Origin: a virus
Taxonomy: Duplodnaviria > Caudoviricetes
IMG/VR virus record: IMGVR_UViG_3300028920_000023
DNA: 64,000 bases
Direction: 5' to 3' (one strand)
Position 1 is the first letter of the stretch, and every line of letters starts with the position of its first letter. Both the position numbers and the translations under genes were made by a program. The notes under the pieces are model-generated. The model worked only from the letters and a program-made list of their open reading frames with translations, was not told the DNA's origin and did no database searches. Shown here piece by piece: positions 20,342 through 30,477 of the stretch.

Positions 20342-20601
20342 GTTACCTTCTTTGTTATTATCAGCGATTGGAAGATCTGCACAGGTTGGAAATCGCTAGC
20401 AGCTTCCAATTCTAGGTACGTTTTGATGTCTGGATTGTTGCTCGTATTTGGTATTGTATCATCAGCCAACACCCTGTGTTGGGTGTCAAAGTGTAAGTTC
20501 TCTTGTATAGATCTGCTACCGGAGCTTCTGGTGTAGACTTCGCCCGTCCGTGTATCGACATGTAGAAGACCAATATTAGCTACGTGAACCTCGACAGCCA
20601 T
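20338..20601 (-). CDS. Hypothetical protein
   Basis: 87 aa, coupled to both neighbours. Confidence 0.6.
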   Translation of the reverse strand: MAVEVHVANIGLLHVDTRTGEVYTRSSGSRSIQENLHFDTQHRVLADDTIPNTSNNPDIKTYLELEAASDFQPVQIFQSLIITKKVT

Positions 20602-21470
20602 TACTTATCTCCATTAAACATTACTTTGAACGGGTGTGCAAGCTTACTTATCTCGGCATTAAGCCCCCTCACCTTATATCTTTGAATCTCTTTATGTAAT
20701 TTGCTCATATCCAAAGATACCTTCTCAGAAAGTACTTCGGAGATATATTTGATATTTATAAGCAAATTTGGATTAATTGATAAATCAATGATCGCACGGT
20801 TCATAAGATATACTTCCTCGTCATGCGACTTAAAAAATTCTTTTCTCTTGGCATAATCACCAATAATCTTTTTAGCAGTAACAGGACCAATTTTGTGGTA
20901 TCCAACAATATTATCAGATTTGTCCCCTACAAAGACCTTCTGTTCAATCGGGTTTACATCATCCGTTGGATCATATAATCTCTTAGATTTGTTGTTGGGG
21001 CTAAAGAGGTCAACGCCTTTATACTCAAAAGCAATCTGCCTCAGATCACCGTCACTGCTGATAATAATTATTTTGTCAGAAGGACATTGCCTACAAAAAG
21101 CATAAATGAGATCATCTGCTTCTTGATTTTCTAACATATAATTCCTACAACCAAGAACATTCGTTAAAGCCTCTACAACTTCACAACAATTTTCAACAAG
21201 ATTATTAATTTCCTCTTTATCGTATTTCCCACTCCTGCTCGTATCTCTACCTTCTTTATAACTTTCTAGGAGTTGCTTCCTCCAGACTTTCTTTCTTTTA
21301 CAATCCCAGAAGATATGCACATTTTGTGGTTTGAATTTCCTAAGATATGTCGATACAAACCTGAAAAATACAACCGCAGAATGGGCCTTAAAATTTGGAT
21401 CCGATAACCCTGCATAAATAGCTCGATACGTACAATTTCTACCATCAATTAGCATGTGATCATACATCAT
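20601..21470 (-). CDS. 5'-3' exonuclease / flap endonuclease (T4 RNase H-like)
   Basis: LIDGRN, WD..WRK...YKEGR, EADDLI, SSDGDLRQ, GDKSDNIVGYHKIGPVTA. Confidence 0.9.
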   Translation of the reverse strand: MMYDHMLIDGRNCTYRAIYAGLSDPNFKAHSAVVFFRFVSTYLRKFKPQNVHIFWDCKRKKVWRKQLLESYKEGRDTSRSGKYDKEEINNLVENCCEVVEALTNVLGCRNYMLENQEADDLIYAFCRQCPSDKIIIISSDGDLRQIAFEYKGVDLFSPNNKSKRLYDPTDDVNPIEQKVFVGDKSDNIVGYHKIGPVTAKKIIGDYAKRKEFFKSHDEEVYLMNRAIIDLSINPNLLINIKYISEVLSEKVSLDMSKLHKEIQRYKVRGLNAEISKLAHPFKVMFNGDK

Positions 21471-21485
21471 ATTATCCTTTAATTT

Positions 21486-21510
21486 AAAGCCCCACGGAAT
21501 GTGGGGCTTT
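21486..21510. terminator. Rho-independent terminator (possibly bidirectional) after the SSB gene
   Basis: Perfect 10 bp inverted repeat AAAGCCCCAC/GTGGGGCTTT. Confidence 0.75.
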
Positions 21511-21528
21511 GTCGATCATCCAGGATGC

Positions 21529-22680
21529 TTATTTCTTTGCCTTCTTAGCCCTGATTCTGGCCAATAGATCCTTTACGTCCGGATCTCCCTCTGGCTCCTT
21601 CTCCGGTTCCTTCTCCTTCTCCGGCTCTGGTTCCTTCTCCGGCTCCTTCTCCGGTTCTGGCTCCTTCTCCGGCTCTGGTTCCTTCTCCGGCTCCGGCTCT
21701 GGCTCCGGCTCCTTCTCCGGTTCTGGTTCCTTCTTTTCTTCGGCTACCGGCTCATCATCAGGCAAACCGCTCTTGTCTATCTCGCCAGCTTTCGTACTAC
21801 CAAGATTCTGTGTGGCGGCGGATGTCTTATCACGCGGTTTAGACTTCGTGGCATCGATGCTCTCATCCTCATCATCGTCACCACCACCAAGCAACTCATC
21901 TACGACCTTTTCAATCTTGTCGGGGTCACGGGCTTGGAACTTGTCCTGCAAGATATGTCTTTGAGCTAAAATCTGCCCCACCTTATCCTTAACCTCCTCG
22001 AAACCATCCTTTGTCTCTTCTGAGAGAAGATGCCCCAGACTGGAGACTACAAAGCCAGACTCCTCATAATTATTATATTCGTTTTTGTTTTTGATTGATA
22101 CCTTAAAAGCATAACCCTCTTCTGGATAGAAGAAAAGACCATGAGCCTTAGGATCGATCTCATCCCCACAATCATCATTCATAAGACACTCATCACACTT
22201 ATCATAAATCGTCTTGGGAAGATTCCACCACATCACCTTCCCTCTAACTTCCTCCGGATTTGCTTTGATATCCGGAAAATACACATTAACAGCATAATAT
22301 ACGCGAGATAAATACGTCCTGGCAATCTCGCTTCTCTTCTTTTCGTCTTTCTCTTCGTCAAGAAGATCAAAACCCAACTGACATATGGCGCAATCCCCAT
22401 TGTCATGCGCTCTAGGACATTCTAACTTCAAACGCTTACCTGCCGCTCCCAGCCAGTGGTTCCCATTTTCATAGAACCAATTATCCAGGGCTTTATCTTC
22501 GGGGCAAGTTCCCGTCACACACTTCTCGCCAGCTTCCAATGGCGGCAAAAACCGTATGTAGTAGGTCTTCTTGTCTTCCTTGACGCGGGGAGGACGGAAT
22601 TCCGTTGGGTCTTTTCTTCTGGTATTACGTTCCTCTCGCTTCTTCCGCATCCGGTTTAACATATCTTTCTTGCTAATCAT
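21529..22680 (-). CDS. Single-stranded DNA-binding protein (T4 gp32-like) with acidic PEPEKE tail
   Basis: YIRFLP...WF...HW...CP....CAICQ...YYAVNV...YNNYEES; located beside a UvsY-like gene. Confidence 0.75.
   Translation of the reverse strand: MISKKDMLNRMRKKREERNTRRKDPTEFRPPRVKEDKKTYYIRFLPPLEAGEKCVTGTCPEDKALDNWFYENGNHWLGAAGKRLKLECPRAHDNGDCAICQLGFDLLDEEKDEKKRSEIARTYLSRVYYAVNVYFPDIKANPEEVRGKVMWWNLPKTIYDKCDECLMNDDCGDEIDPKAHGLFFYPEEGYAFKVSIKNKNEYNNYEESGFVVSSLGHLLSEETKDGFEEVKDKVGQILAQRHILQDKFQARDPDKIEKVVDELLGGGDDDEDESIDATKSKPRDKTSAATQNLGSTKAGEIDKSGLPDDEPVAEEKKEPEPEKEPEPEPEPEKEPEPEKEPEPEKEPEKEPEPEKEKEPEKEPEGDPDVKDLLARIRAKKAKK
21586..21745 (-). repeat. Coding tandem repeat ([10 protein letters not shown] units)
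   Basis: Imperfect 6-18 bp units such as TCCTTCTCCGG(T/C)TC in the SSB C-terminus. Confidence 0.9.
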
Positions 22681-22690
22681 GGAGGGTCTC

Positions 22691-23167
22691 CTATGCTCTT
22701 TTGTGTTCTTCTCTTTTAAATCCTGCTAAACTACGCAGACTCTCTGACTTGCGAAACAAAGCATTAACAATCGCTCTAACCTGGTTTTCCCTCTTTTGGA
22801 AAGCAATGAGTTGAGCAGATTCAGCCATCATGCGATTATCGGAATTCACAATATCGCGCATGATCTGAACGCTGATCCTGACATTGGTTTCCTCAGCCTT
22901 TTTCCTTATTTCATCAAGTATATCAGCCCGAATAGCCTCCTTTCTACTTTCTATGGTTGCAACTTCCGCTTTGACTTCTGCCAAAACTAAATCCCAAAAA
23001 GCCATGATCTCTGGAATCTCAGCCAGTTGTCTCTCTAAATCATCATAATCGATCCTAATATCAGGACGAATATCACGATGTATAAGAGAACGCTTCGGCA
23101 ACTTAACACGAATGTTAAACAGCCATTCAGACAAATCAGCATCAATGTTCCTAGTAATCCAACTCAT
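22691..23167 (-). CDS. UvsY-like recombination mediator
   Basis: Helical coiled-coil 158 aa with DIRID...LE...W pattern; position beside SSB. Confidence 0.5.
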   Translation of the reverse strand: MSWITRNIDADLSEWLFNIRVKLPKRSLIHRDIRPDIRIDYDDLERQLAEIPEIMAFWDLVLAEVKAEVATIESRKEAIRADILDEIRKKAEETNVRISVQIMRDIVNSDNRMMAESAQLIAFQKRENQVRAIVNALFRKSESLRSLAGFKREEHKRA

Positions 23168-23288
23168 TGAAACCTCAGGATGGTCAAATGGATAGAAGTT
23201 CTGGGGAAGACCTTCTCACCATCCAACCTAGTAATCGCAAAATCGCTAAACTAATCGTTTACTCGTTAACTCGCTATTTTATTTTTGA

Positions 23289-24422
23289 CTATCTACACGT
23301 CCGAACCTTAACCCAATCTTTCCAATGCCCACCAATACTTATCGTAAAAGGCATCCTAATATCAACCAAACCTTCAAGAGGCGAAATCATAATCTTACCA
23401 ACCTCATCTATAATATTACACACAACACGCTCCGGGCAACATAAAATCAAAGCATCATGAACCTCAGTTAGAATATACTCTGGATATTTATCAAAGACCC
23501 TAGACAAAACTGACTGCATAGCATGCACCACACTACCCTGAAATTGAGCATTAAACACACTCAATTCCCTATTATCACCCAAAACGAATTCTCTACCTAA
23601 GATCGTATCAACTTTATCATACATCCGCAATTCCTCCCTACGAGACTCCATCCAAGAACGAAAACCCGGAAATATAGAAAAAATATCATTATCGAAATTC
23701 ATAGCATACAAAGACCTAATAAAAGAATTCTTACAAACATCCCTCCCCAAACCAGTCTGATCCGAAATAACAGTATACGGATCAGACTCCGTAAAAGACC
23801 TAAGTAACTTCTTATCCCCAGACATATGCGCAGCCATACAAATATCAGCAGAAATCCAATCAAAACAAATAAAAAACTCATGATTATCATTAACTGATCT
23901 TATATTATCATCAGAAGTAGTCCCCTGGATATTAAAACCAGTTGTCTTAGACCTACCCGTCAAGGTCTGTAGACTATATCTAGGAAACTCCTTACGATAA
24001 CCGCAAAAAACACCCCTAGAATGCAACACCGAATATACAAGAGAAGCACTCGAGACAAGCCGACGCCACTGCTGAGAATAATCATCATCAATCAACTCGT
24101 CAATAATAGAACACAACGCCCTCTTGCATCTACCAAGATCATTCGTAGACAACTTAATCTCAGGAATACAATAATCATAAACATCATACGAATCACGAAT
24201 ATCTAAATCGAAAGCCTGGATATGCGAAAGAAAATCATTGCAACAAACATTATCCCGTGAAAATAACTTCTTGAACTTATTAATATTATCCTCTATCTGA
24301 TTTATAGTAAGGCCAGTATTGGGAAAATAGAAAGTATAGAACTCTATATCCTCATCATCCACTACCAAAGAAAGTAACGGAATTGGCGTCCTTTTATAAC
24401 TAAATAATGTAAGTACATTCAC
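23289..24422 (-). CDS. Compact family A DNA polymerase (polymerase domain only)
   Basis: TGRS, motif A FDWISADICMAAHMSGD, motif B RDVCKNSFIRSLY (RxxxK...Y), NAQFQG, motif C VHD. Confidence 0.8.
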   Translation of the reverse strand: MNVLTLFSYKRTPIPLLSLVVDDEDIEFYTFYFPNTGLTINQIEDNINKFKKLFSRDNVCCNDFLSHIQAFDLDIRDSYDVYDYCIPEIKLSTNDLGRCKRALCSIIDELIDDDYSQQWRRLVSSASLVYSVLHSRGVFCGYRKEFPRYSLQTLTGRSKTTGFNIQGTTSDDNIRSVNDNHEFFICFDWISADICMAAHMSGDKKLLRSFTESDPYTVISDQTGLGRDVCKNSFIRSLYAMNFDNDIFSIFPGFRSWMESRREELRMYDKVDTILGREFVLGDNRELSVFNAQFQGSVVHAMQSVLSRVFDKYPEYILTEVHDALILCCPERVVCNIIDEVGKIMISPLEGLVDIRMPFTISIGGHWKDWVKVRTCR

Positions 24423-24757
24423 TTCTTGCTCTTCTTGGTACTCATGTTAAACGTCTTAGGATTCTTTTGACGTTTACCACTATCTCTGAGAGTTTTAGCA
24501 ATATGATCAACCTCACCAGATTGACGCATGCCAGCATAAGGGTCATCATTCAATAACTTATATCTATGCATATCCGCACGACGTCCCTTAACATCTAGAT
24601 AACCATTGCCCCTTACATACGCCTCCGGCGAGGTCGTAATCGCTATCGCGGTGTTCTTACTGGAACACTCCGGGCATAGAATCTCTGGTTTCTCTTTCAT
24701 GGAATGTTCTACTTCCCAAAGTGCATCGCAATCTTTGCAATAATAATCATATCTCAT
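24419..24757 (-). CDS. FmdB-family Zn-ribbon protein
   Basis: YDYYCKDC...EVEHSM...CPECSS. Confidence 0.75.
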   Translation of the reverse strand: MRYDYYCKDCDALWEVEHSMKEKPEILCPECSSKNTAIAITTSPEAYVRGNGYLDVKGRRADMHRYKLLNDDPYAGMRQSGEVDHIAKTLRDSGKRQKNPKTFNMSTKKSKK

Positions 24758-25137
24758 TTTAATCGCCTCGCCCAAGTGTAAGACAAATGAACCACCACAA
24801 CCGAAATATTTACAGTTCTACCAAGCCCTTCCTTAGCACTCTCAATCTTAGCATTCTGTAAAAACCACTGCTGAACATTCTTATCTCCGCAAATTGCACC
24901 TATAATAATGTCCGTCTCCTTACCAGAATTCAACCAAACAGACATCGTCTCTACCATCCTAGTCGGAAATTCCATAGCAATTCTATGCCAAAAATGCTTA
25001 TTCTTCTTCAATACCTTCTTACCCTTAACTTCTTCCTCTATAATCTTAAACTCATATCTAGGCCAATCCACATAATACAACAATTGACGCTCAGACCCCA
25101 CCTGGGCATAATACGTCATATTCGGTTTAAGATTCAT
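24754..25137 (-). CDS. Hypothetical protein
   Basis: ATGA overlap with the helicase stop. Confidence 0.65.
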   Translation of the reverse strand: MNLKPNMTYYAQVGSERQLLYYVDWPRYEFKIIEEEVKGKKVLKKNKHFWHRIAMEFPTRMVETMSVWLNSGKETDIIIGAICGDKNVQQWFLQNAKIESAKEGLGRTVNISVVVVHLSYTWARRLK

Positions 25138-26546
25138 TTCTGAGATTTTTCTTTTTTCTTTTTCTTCCAAGCCTCTCTAGCATCATCAGTAAGCCAATCA
25201 CCCTCTGTCATCTTCATCTTCTCATAATTAATATAAGTCTCAATCTCCTTGAATTTCGGACCATTCCTATTCTTAGCAATATACAACCTAGCTCTAGCTC
25301 TAGTTACCGGAGCATCCTCAGCATCATGCTCCTTACCACTATCATACTCAGCTCTAGTCTGATTAATTGTAACAACATAACTCAGAGGCATATTCTTACC
25401 ATAACTCTCAGCAGTTTTATTGAGATCAATAACCTTATCCTTAACACTATCAGCATTATTAACATCCGTACCAGAACGATTCGTCTGACTGGCAGTAAAA
25501 ATCACAATATTTTCTTTAGAAGCCAAATTACAAATCTCAGTACTGACCTTCTTCTGCCTCTCATACTCATTATCTGTCTTGCTCCTAGGAACCATAAGCT
25601 CCAAATAATCAATAATTAAAACACTAACCCTCTTACCACTACACCTCTTAACATGATCAAGCAAACTACGTAACGTATCAATCGAAACCTCATCAGGAGG
25701 ATAAGCGGCAAGAATAATATCACCACCAGAATCAACCTTCTGCCTACGCAATTGCCTAGTAATAACATCCTTATTCTTATGCCTATCACGAATAATCTGA
25801 TTAGTTAAAGGACCCAAATAACGTTGACCAGTCTTCTCGCTAGTCATCTCCAAAGTCACATGTAAAACCAACTCCCCACGAACACAATTAGCAGCGCCAG
25901 TATTCACCAAAGCAATACTCTTACCAACACCAGTCGGAGCCATAAAACAAAAAACATCACCACGAATAACACCACCCTCATTAATAGCCTGATCTAATTT
26001 CTCAAACCCAGTTGTGTACCTCTTATCCTTATCCTCAGCAAACAATCTCTCATAATCATCATGCAACCACAGCAAATCAGTATTAAACTCAGTAATATTC
26101 CTAGCCTCTTCTATAATATTATCTAAATAATCATAATTGCCATTCTGATGTTGCTCCATAGCCTCCTCATCATAAAGCCTATCGTATTGCCTCTTCTTAG
26201 CCCATTCCACCAAATTCTCTTTGATAGCTGGCACATCACGAGGATCAGATTCCTCATTAATAATCCTAAGAATCTCCGAATGCGGATCATCAGCGGTAAG
26301 ATGCTTCTTAGCTAAAGACTCGCACAACTTCCTAGACATTATAATGCCTTTTTCATCATAATAAGCCTTAATTATATTAAAAACATAAAAAGTCTCATGC
26401 TTCTTAAAATAATCAGTATCTAACCTAGGAATAATAGAAGACATAAAAGCAGGCTCATCAAACATGAGCTTAACAATATTCTCTTCCTCATACTCATCAA
26501 ACTCAGGAGTCACCTCAACAAGATCATCCTTAGGCTTCATTATCAA
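25134..26546 (-). CDS. Replicative DNA helicase (DnaB/T4 gp41-like)
   Basis: TTGFEKLD, APTGVGKS, TLEM, IIDYLELM, TASQTNR, IAKNRNGP. Confidence 0.9.
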   Translation of the reverse strand: MIMKPKDDLVEVTPEFDEYEEENIVKLMFDEPAFMSSIIPRLDTDYFKKHETFYVFNIIKAYYDEKGIIMSRKLCESLAKKHLTADDPHSEILRIINEESDPRDVPAIKENLVEWAKKRQYDRLYDEEAMEQHQNGNYDYLDNIIEEARNITEFNTDLLWLHDDYERLFAEDKDKRYTTGFEKLDQAINEGGVIRGDVFCFMAPTGVGKSIALVNTGAANCVRGELVLHVTLEMTSEKTGQRYLGPLTNQIIRDRHKNKDVITRQLRRQKVDSGGDIILAAYPPDEVSIDTLRSLLDHVKRCSGKRVSVLIIDYLELMVPRSKTDNEYERQKKVSTEICNLASKENIVIFTASQTNRSGTDVNNADSVKDKVIDLNKTAESYGKNMPLSYVVTINQTRAEYDSGKEHDAEDAPVTRARARLYIAKNRNGPKFKEIETYINYEKMKMTEGDWLTDDAREAWKKKKKEKSQK

Positions 26547-27268
26547 TCCCCTTCGGTTCCCCCACAGAAAGTAGTTCTTCTGCGGGCATTATTCTGCAGA
26601 GCTGTAGAAAGGAAAGACTCACACAACGGTAGAACCTCGCACAACGTCAATAAAGAAGACTCAACCTTACCGAACGTATGCCCACGCAAAATCTCATTAC
26701 GATCACCAACAACCATATTCTTCTCAGGCCTAGTGTGAATATCAAAATTATAAAACCATTCGTTCGCATCCTTAGACCATTTAAAATTAGATACCCTATA
26801 AGCCTCAAGTCTACCCAAACTCTCCGCGCTCTCCCTCAGATAGACAACACTATTAACACCATATCTTGGCCTTGGAGGATAGACCAGGCCCCTGTCCGTA
26901 CTGACCGGTTGAGCGCCAGGATCATCTTCAACTTCATTACATAACATGTCAATCTTGCTGCGTATATCATCAAGCTCCTTAGCCAAAATTACGGCTTGGG
27001 ACTCCAGGGCTTCACAAAGAGTAACAAGACTACTCTCCATGACGGAGGCCGGCATCAACCTCTTACGTACGGGTTTTACAGTTCCATTAAAGTTCCGACT
27101 AAATTCACGATACATGTCATAGACATAAAAACCACGAGGATCAAAACGCACATCCGCAACACCGAGAGGTTCAACAAACCCCTTAGCAGCAGAAGCCTTC
27201 AAATAAGCAACCTCCCCGATAGCAAACCGGGGAGTCTGTGGCCTGATGATCGTCCTATCCTTAGACAT
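26543..27268 (-). CDS. Hypothetical protein made of two homologous halves
   Basis: PRFAIGEVAYLKASA...ESSLVTLCEAL and PRYGVNSVVYLRESA...ESSLLTLCEVL. Confidence 0.7.
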   Translation of the reverse strand: MSKDRTIIRPQTPRFAIGEVAYLKASAAKGFVEPLGVADVRFDPRGFYVYDMYREFSRNFNGTVKPVRKRLMPASVMESSLVTLCEALESQAVILAKELDDIRSKIDMLCNEVEDDPGAQPVSTDRGLVYPPRPRYGVNSVVYLRESAESLGRLEAYRVSNFKWSKDANEWFYNFDIHTRPEKNMVVGDRNEILRGHTFGKVESSLLTLCEVLPLCESFLSTALQNNARRRTTFCGGTEGD

Positions 27269-27272
27269 ATTA

Positions 27273-28334
27273 TCATTCCTCTTGTTCTGTCTCCTTTATA
27301 TCTTCGCTGCCAGCGATATCCAACACAATAGGACGAATCTTAGAATCAATATCATCTGCAAGTTTCTTATTTTCCTTAAGATACAAAACAGCCTCCCTCA
27401 AACCATTAGCAAAATTCTCACCACCATACTCATACCATGAACCAGCCTTCTTAATGATTTTATACTTGACAGCCAAATTAAGCAAATCAGCCTCTCTACT
27501 GATACCCTCACCAAAATAAATCAAAAAAGAAGCATCTAGAAAAGGAGGAGCAACCTTATTCTTAATAATCTTAGCTACCGTTTTATTCGCAATAGCCTTG
27601 CGATTCTTCGACTGTGCAGCACCCTCAAACTCAGAACCAATCCTCTTAATCTCAATACGCACAGAAGCATGAAACTTCAGAGCTCTGCCACCAGGAGTAG
27701 TAGTTGTCTTCATCCCAGGCATACCACCAATATTATCTCGAATCTGATTGATGAATATTAAAGCCGTACTGTATTCGTTAGCTATGCTCTTAAACTTCCT
27801 CATAGCCTGGCCCATAAGTCTAGCTTGAGCACCAACATTATGATCACCAATCTCACCATCTAATTCACATTGTGGTGTAAGAGCCGCAACCGAATCCGTA
27901 ATAATGACAGAAAACAATCCAGAACGAACCAAACGATCAACCAAATTCAAAGCCTCCTCAGCGCTATTCGGCTGAGAAAACAAAAGATTATCCATATCAA
28001 CACCAATATTCCTGGCATAAAAAGGATCTATAGCATGCTCAACATCTATAAAAGCAACCTTCTTATCCTTGAAATTTTTCTGAGCTTCTGCCGCAACGTG
28101 CAAACTTAATGTCGTCTTTCCACTACTCTCAGGACCGAAAATCTCTATTATACGGCCTATCGGAACACCACCAACACCAAGTGCAGCATCCAAACTCAAA
28201 CACGAAGTAGAAATAGCCTTACATTTCACAATACCGCCCGTGAACCCCACACGAACAGCACCCGAACCCAAATCCTTCTCAATCCCCTCAACAAGATCAT
28301 TGAACATCTCTTCATTTGTCTTCTTTTTGGCCAT
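27273..28334 (-). CDS. recA: Recombinase A
   Basis: LDAALGVGGVPIGRIIEIFGPESSGKTT, IDVEHA, SQP, DSVAAL, QARLMGQAMRK, FINQIR, TTPGGRALKFHASVR, KNKVAPPF; start at MAKKK with AGGAG RBS. Confidence 0.97.
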   Translation of the reverse strand: MAKKKTNEEMFNDLVEGIEKDLGSGAVRVGFTGGIVKCKAISTSCLSLDAALGVGGVPIGRIIEIFGPESSGKTTLSLHVAAEAQKNFKDKKVAFIDVEHAIDPFYARNIGVDMDNLLFSQPNSAEEALNLVDRLVRSGLFSVIITDSVAALTPQCELDGEIGDHNVGAQARLMGQAMRKFKSIANEYSTALIFINQIRDNIGGMPGMKTTTTPGGRALKFHASVRIEIKRIGSEFEGAAQSKNRKAIANKTVAKIIKNKVAPPFLDASFLIYFGEGISREADLLNLAVKYKIIKKAGSWYEYGGENFANGLREAVLYLKENKKLADDIDSKIRPIVLDIAGSEDIKETEQEE

Positions 28335-28611
28335 GCCTAAATCTCCTAATCTTACCAAGATCAGATTTAAACTTAATGCCCTTCAAAGCATCAAGCCCAA
28401 CCTGCAAATTATAATCAGCAACCTTAACAACATCATCCCCAGGGACTTGTATCGTAGTTCCCTCTTTACAACACACAAGAAAATTCGTATCCGCCACACG
28501 AGCTACAACAATCCAATTGCCATCTGGAGACGCAGGCCTACCAGCAGGGCCAGAAAGGTAAGAAACATGCTTCGCAGTACGAAGCTTAACTAAATCAAAT
28601 CTTCCAATCAT
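28312..28611 (-). CDS. Hypothetical protein (SH3/KOW-like)
   Basis: FDLVKLRT...WIVVA; overlaps the recA start. Confidence 0.6.
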   Translation of the reverse strand: MIGRFDLVKLRTAKHVSYLSGPAGRPASPDGNWIVVARVADTNFLVCCKEGTTIQVPGDDVVKVADYNLQVGLDALKGIKFKSDLGKIRRFRHGQKEDK

Positions 28612-28645
28612 GATCAAAAATATCTACAGACGCGGAGAATACAAA

Positions 28646-29131
28646 ATGAAGCAAATAGAAAAACAAATTATAGAAGGTATATCGAACCTCTTCGACAACT
28701 CAAGAAGCAAACTAGGAATAGTCAAAACAGACCACAAAGAAACCTCCCACGGATTCGAACACCAATGGCACAACATAGAATACGCCTATGCCCTAGAACT
28801 AACCGAATCCGCATTCTATGAAAGCCTGACCTCCGCATTCAGAGACATCCACAGCTACAAATACCTAGACGATCCAACCTTCCCAATAGCACTAGAAAAA
28901 AGACTAACAGCTATAGGAATACCCACAGAAGAACGCAAAAAAGCACTAGAAGCAATAGAGAAAATAAAAGAAGAATTCAAAAAAGAAGACTTCGAAGAAA
29001 AAGAAGCAGGCTGGAACATCAACATAAACGACATCGCAGACATGACAAGAAACGCAAACAACAGAAAAGCAGAAAACACCAAACCCTTCACAGGTGGTGG
29101 GCCAGCCCCAGACAACAATGAAATTGGATAA
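28646..29131 (+). CDS. Hypothetical protein
   Basis: GGAG RBS; A/C-ending codons. Confidence 0.7.
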   Translation: MKQIEKQIIEGISNLFDNSRSKLGIVKTDHKETSHGFEHQWHNIEYAYALELTESAFYESLTSAFRDIHSYKYLDDPTFPIALEKRLTAIGIPTEERKKALEAIEKIKEEFKKEDFEEKEAGWNININDIADMTRNANNRKAENTKPFTGGGPAPDNNEIG

Positions 29132-29360
29132 CCTCCACAAAGCTCCTATAGAAATGGACATGGAAACAAGCACAACACTAAAACCACTGTCCAAAAAACA
29201 ACAATATATCAACAAAGACATCTCTATGAACACCACATCACCATCAAGACCTACCCCCAGCGCAGGCGGACCATATCAAGGAGGACATTACGACGCCTAC
29301 ATAGAAGGAAAACCCAGATATAAGAAATACTTCGGTGGCTCCTTCATGAAAGCAATATAA
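29118..29360 (+). CDS. Hypothetical protein
   Basis: Start MKLDNLH overlaps the previous gene end. Confidence 0.55.
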   Translation: MKLDNLHKAPIEMDMETSTTLKPLSKKQQYINKDISMNTTSPSRPTPSAGGPYQGGHYDAYIEGKPRYKKYFGGSFMKAI

Positions 29361-29803
29361 TGTCCTGTAACTGCCCAACAGAACAAACATTCCCACAAGA
29401 ACAAAAACAATTCAGCCTCACAAACCGTATAGAAATAGCCAAAATAGACCAAATCTGCAATACAAACAGAAATAAATTCGACATGCTCAGATTTAATCTA
29501 AACAAAACAATAAAACAGTCAGTAATAACATTAGGAATAAAACAATCCGAATACGACGTATACCTAGTTTACGAGATACAAAACGGCAGATTCGACCTAC
29601 ATCAAAAATCATTCTCTGACTATATAGAAAGAAAAAGTATCTACTTCTTCGTTAACAAAGCAATATCAAAACCACTAAAATACCTAAACACCAAATTGTA
29701 TGACCTATGGAGAACAAAAAGCGGAAATATAGGAACTAGTACAACACCCTTCCCAATACCAACAATAAGATTCCCACTAATAATGCCATCTAGAGAGCTC
29801 TAG
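29360..29803 (+). CDS. Hypothetical protein
   Basis: TAATG coupling; 147 aa. Confidence 0.65.
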   Translation: MSCNCPTEQTFPQEQKQFSLTNRIEIAKIDQICNTNRNKFDMLRFNLNKTIKQSVITLGIKQSEYDVYLVYEIQNGRFDLHQKSFSDYIERKSIYFFVNKAISKPLKYLNTKLYDLWRTKSGNIGTSTTPFPIPTIRFPLIMPSREL

Positions 29804-30455
29804 GCTTACAATCCAACGGAACAGCCGTACTCTTGCCGGCAGCTTTAAGCTTCTCCAAATATTCATTATTGTCACTAACACGTGGAACCATAGTCATATC
29901 CTTAATCTCAACCTCAATACCTCTCTTGCTTCTACTACTAGCAAACTTCTCCATCCTACTCCTCAACTCCGGCTTACAATACCTAACCGTCCTAGTCCCC
30001 GTCTTCGGATCCTTCTCTATGACCCTAATACACTTAACCGAGGCACCACCAGGACCCTTAGGCCTACCCAACTTAGGATCATACGGAGCACTACTACCAG
30101 TAAGTTCCACCTTACCATCATCATAAACATAGCCAACTAACTCAAATTTATTATCCGTACCAAGACTAAACATCGGTCTTCTAGATTTTACTGGCGAGTC
30201 CCTCACAACAGCACCAGACGAATCTACCTCGCCACTCGGAATATATTCTAACGGAACGGAACCACCGAGATAAAACATCTGTCCCTTATAGACAGTAGGT
30301 TCCAAGCCTTGTTTCGTGCTTGGTAAAGGCATCTTCTTTACGCCAGGCGGAAGATGACCGACATCACCTGCCTCAATCAATAGACCGTTATTTAGAGAGA
30401 GATCCTCGGATATCAGGTTAGCTATCTCTTTCGGCGTAAGCACACGCGAAGACAT
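29790..30455 (-). CDS. Hypothetical protein
   Basis: GGAGG RBS; preceded by the CAAATATA motif. Confidence 0.7.
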   Translation of the reverse strand: MSSRVLTPKEIANLISEDLSLNNGLLIEAGDVGHLPPGVKKMPLPSTKQGLEPTVYKGQMFYLGGSVPLEYIPSGEVDSSGAVVRDSPVKSRRPMFSLGTDNKFELVGYVYDDGKVELTGSSAPYDPKLGRPKGPGGASVKCIRVIEKDPKTGTRTVRYCKPELRSRMEKFASSRSKRGIEVEIKDMTMVPRVSDNNEYLEKLKAAGKSTAVPLDCKPRAL

Positions 30456-30477
30456 TTATAATCCTCCAAATCAGTTA

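Noticed and set aside
21586-21745. CRISPR-like or non-coding repeat array
   Set aside because: The units are short, in frame, lack spacers and encode the SSB linker. The GGACCAGT runs at 56-61 kb are likewise collagen codons.
23167-23460. 97 aa + strand ORF across the polA/uvsY gap
   Set aside because: It has no RBS or motifs and mostly overlaps the polymerase antisense. The gap is better read as regulatory.
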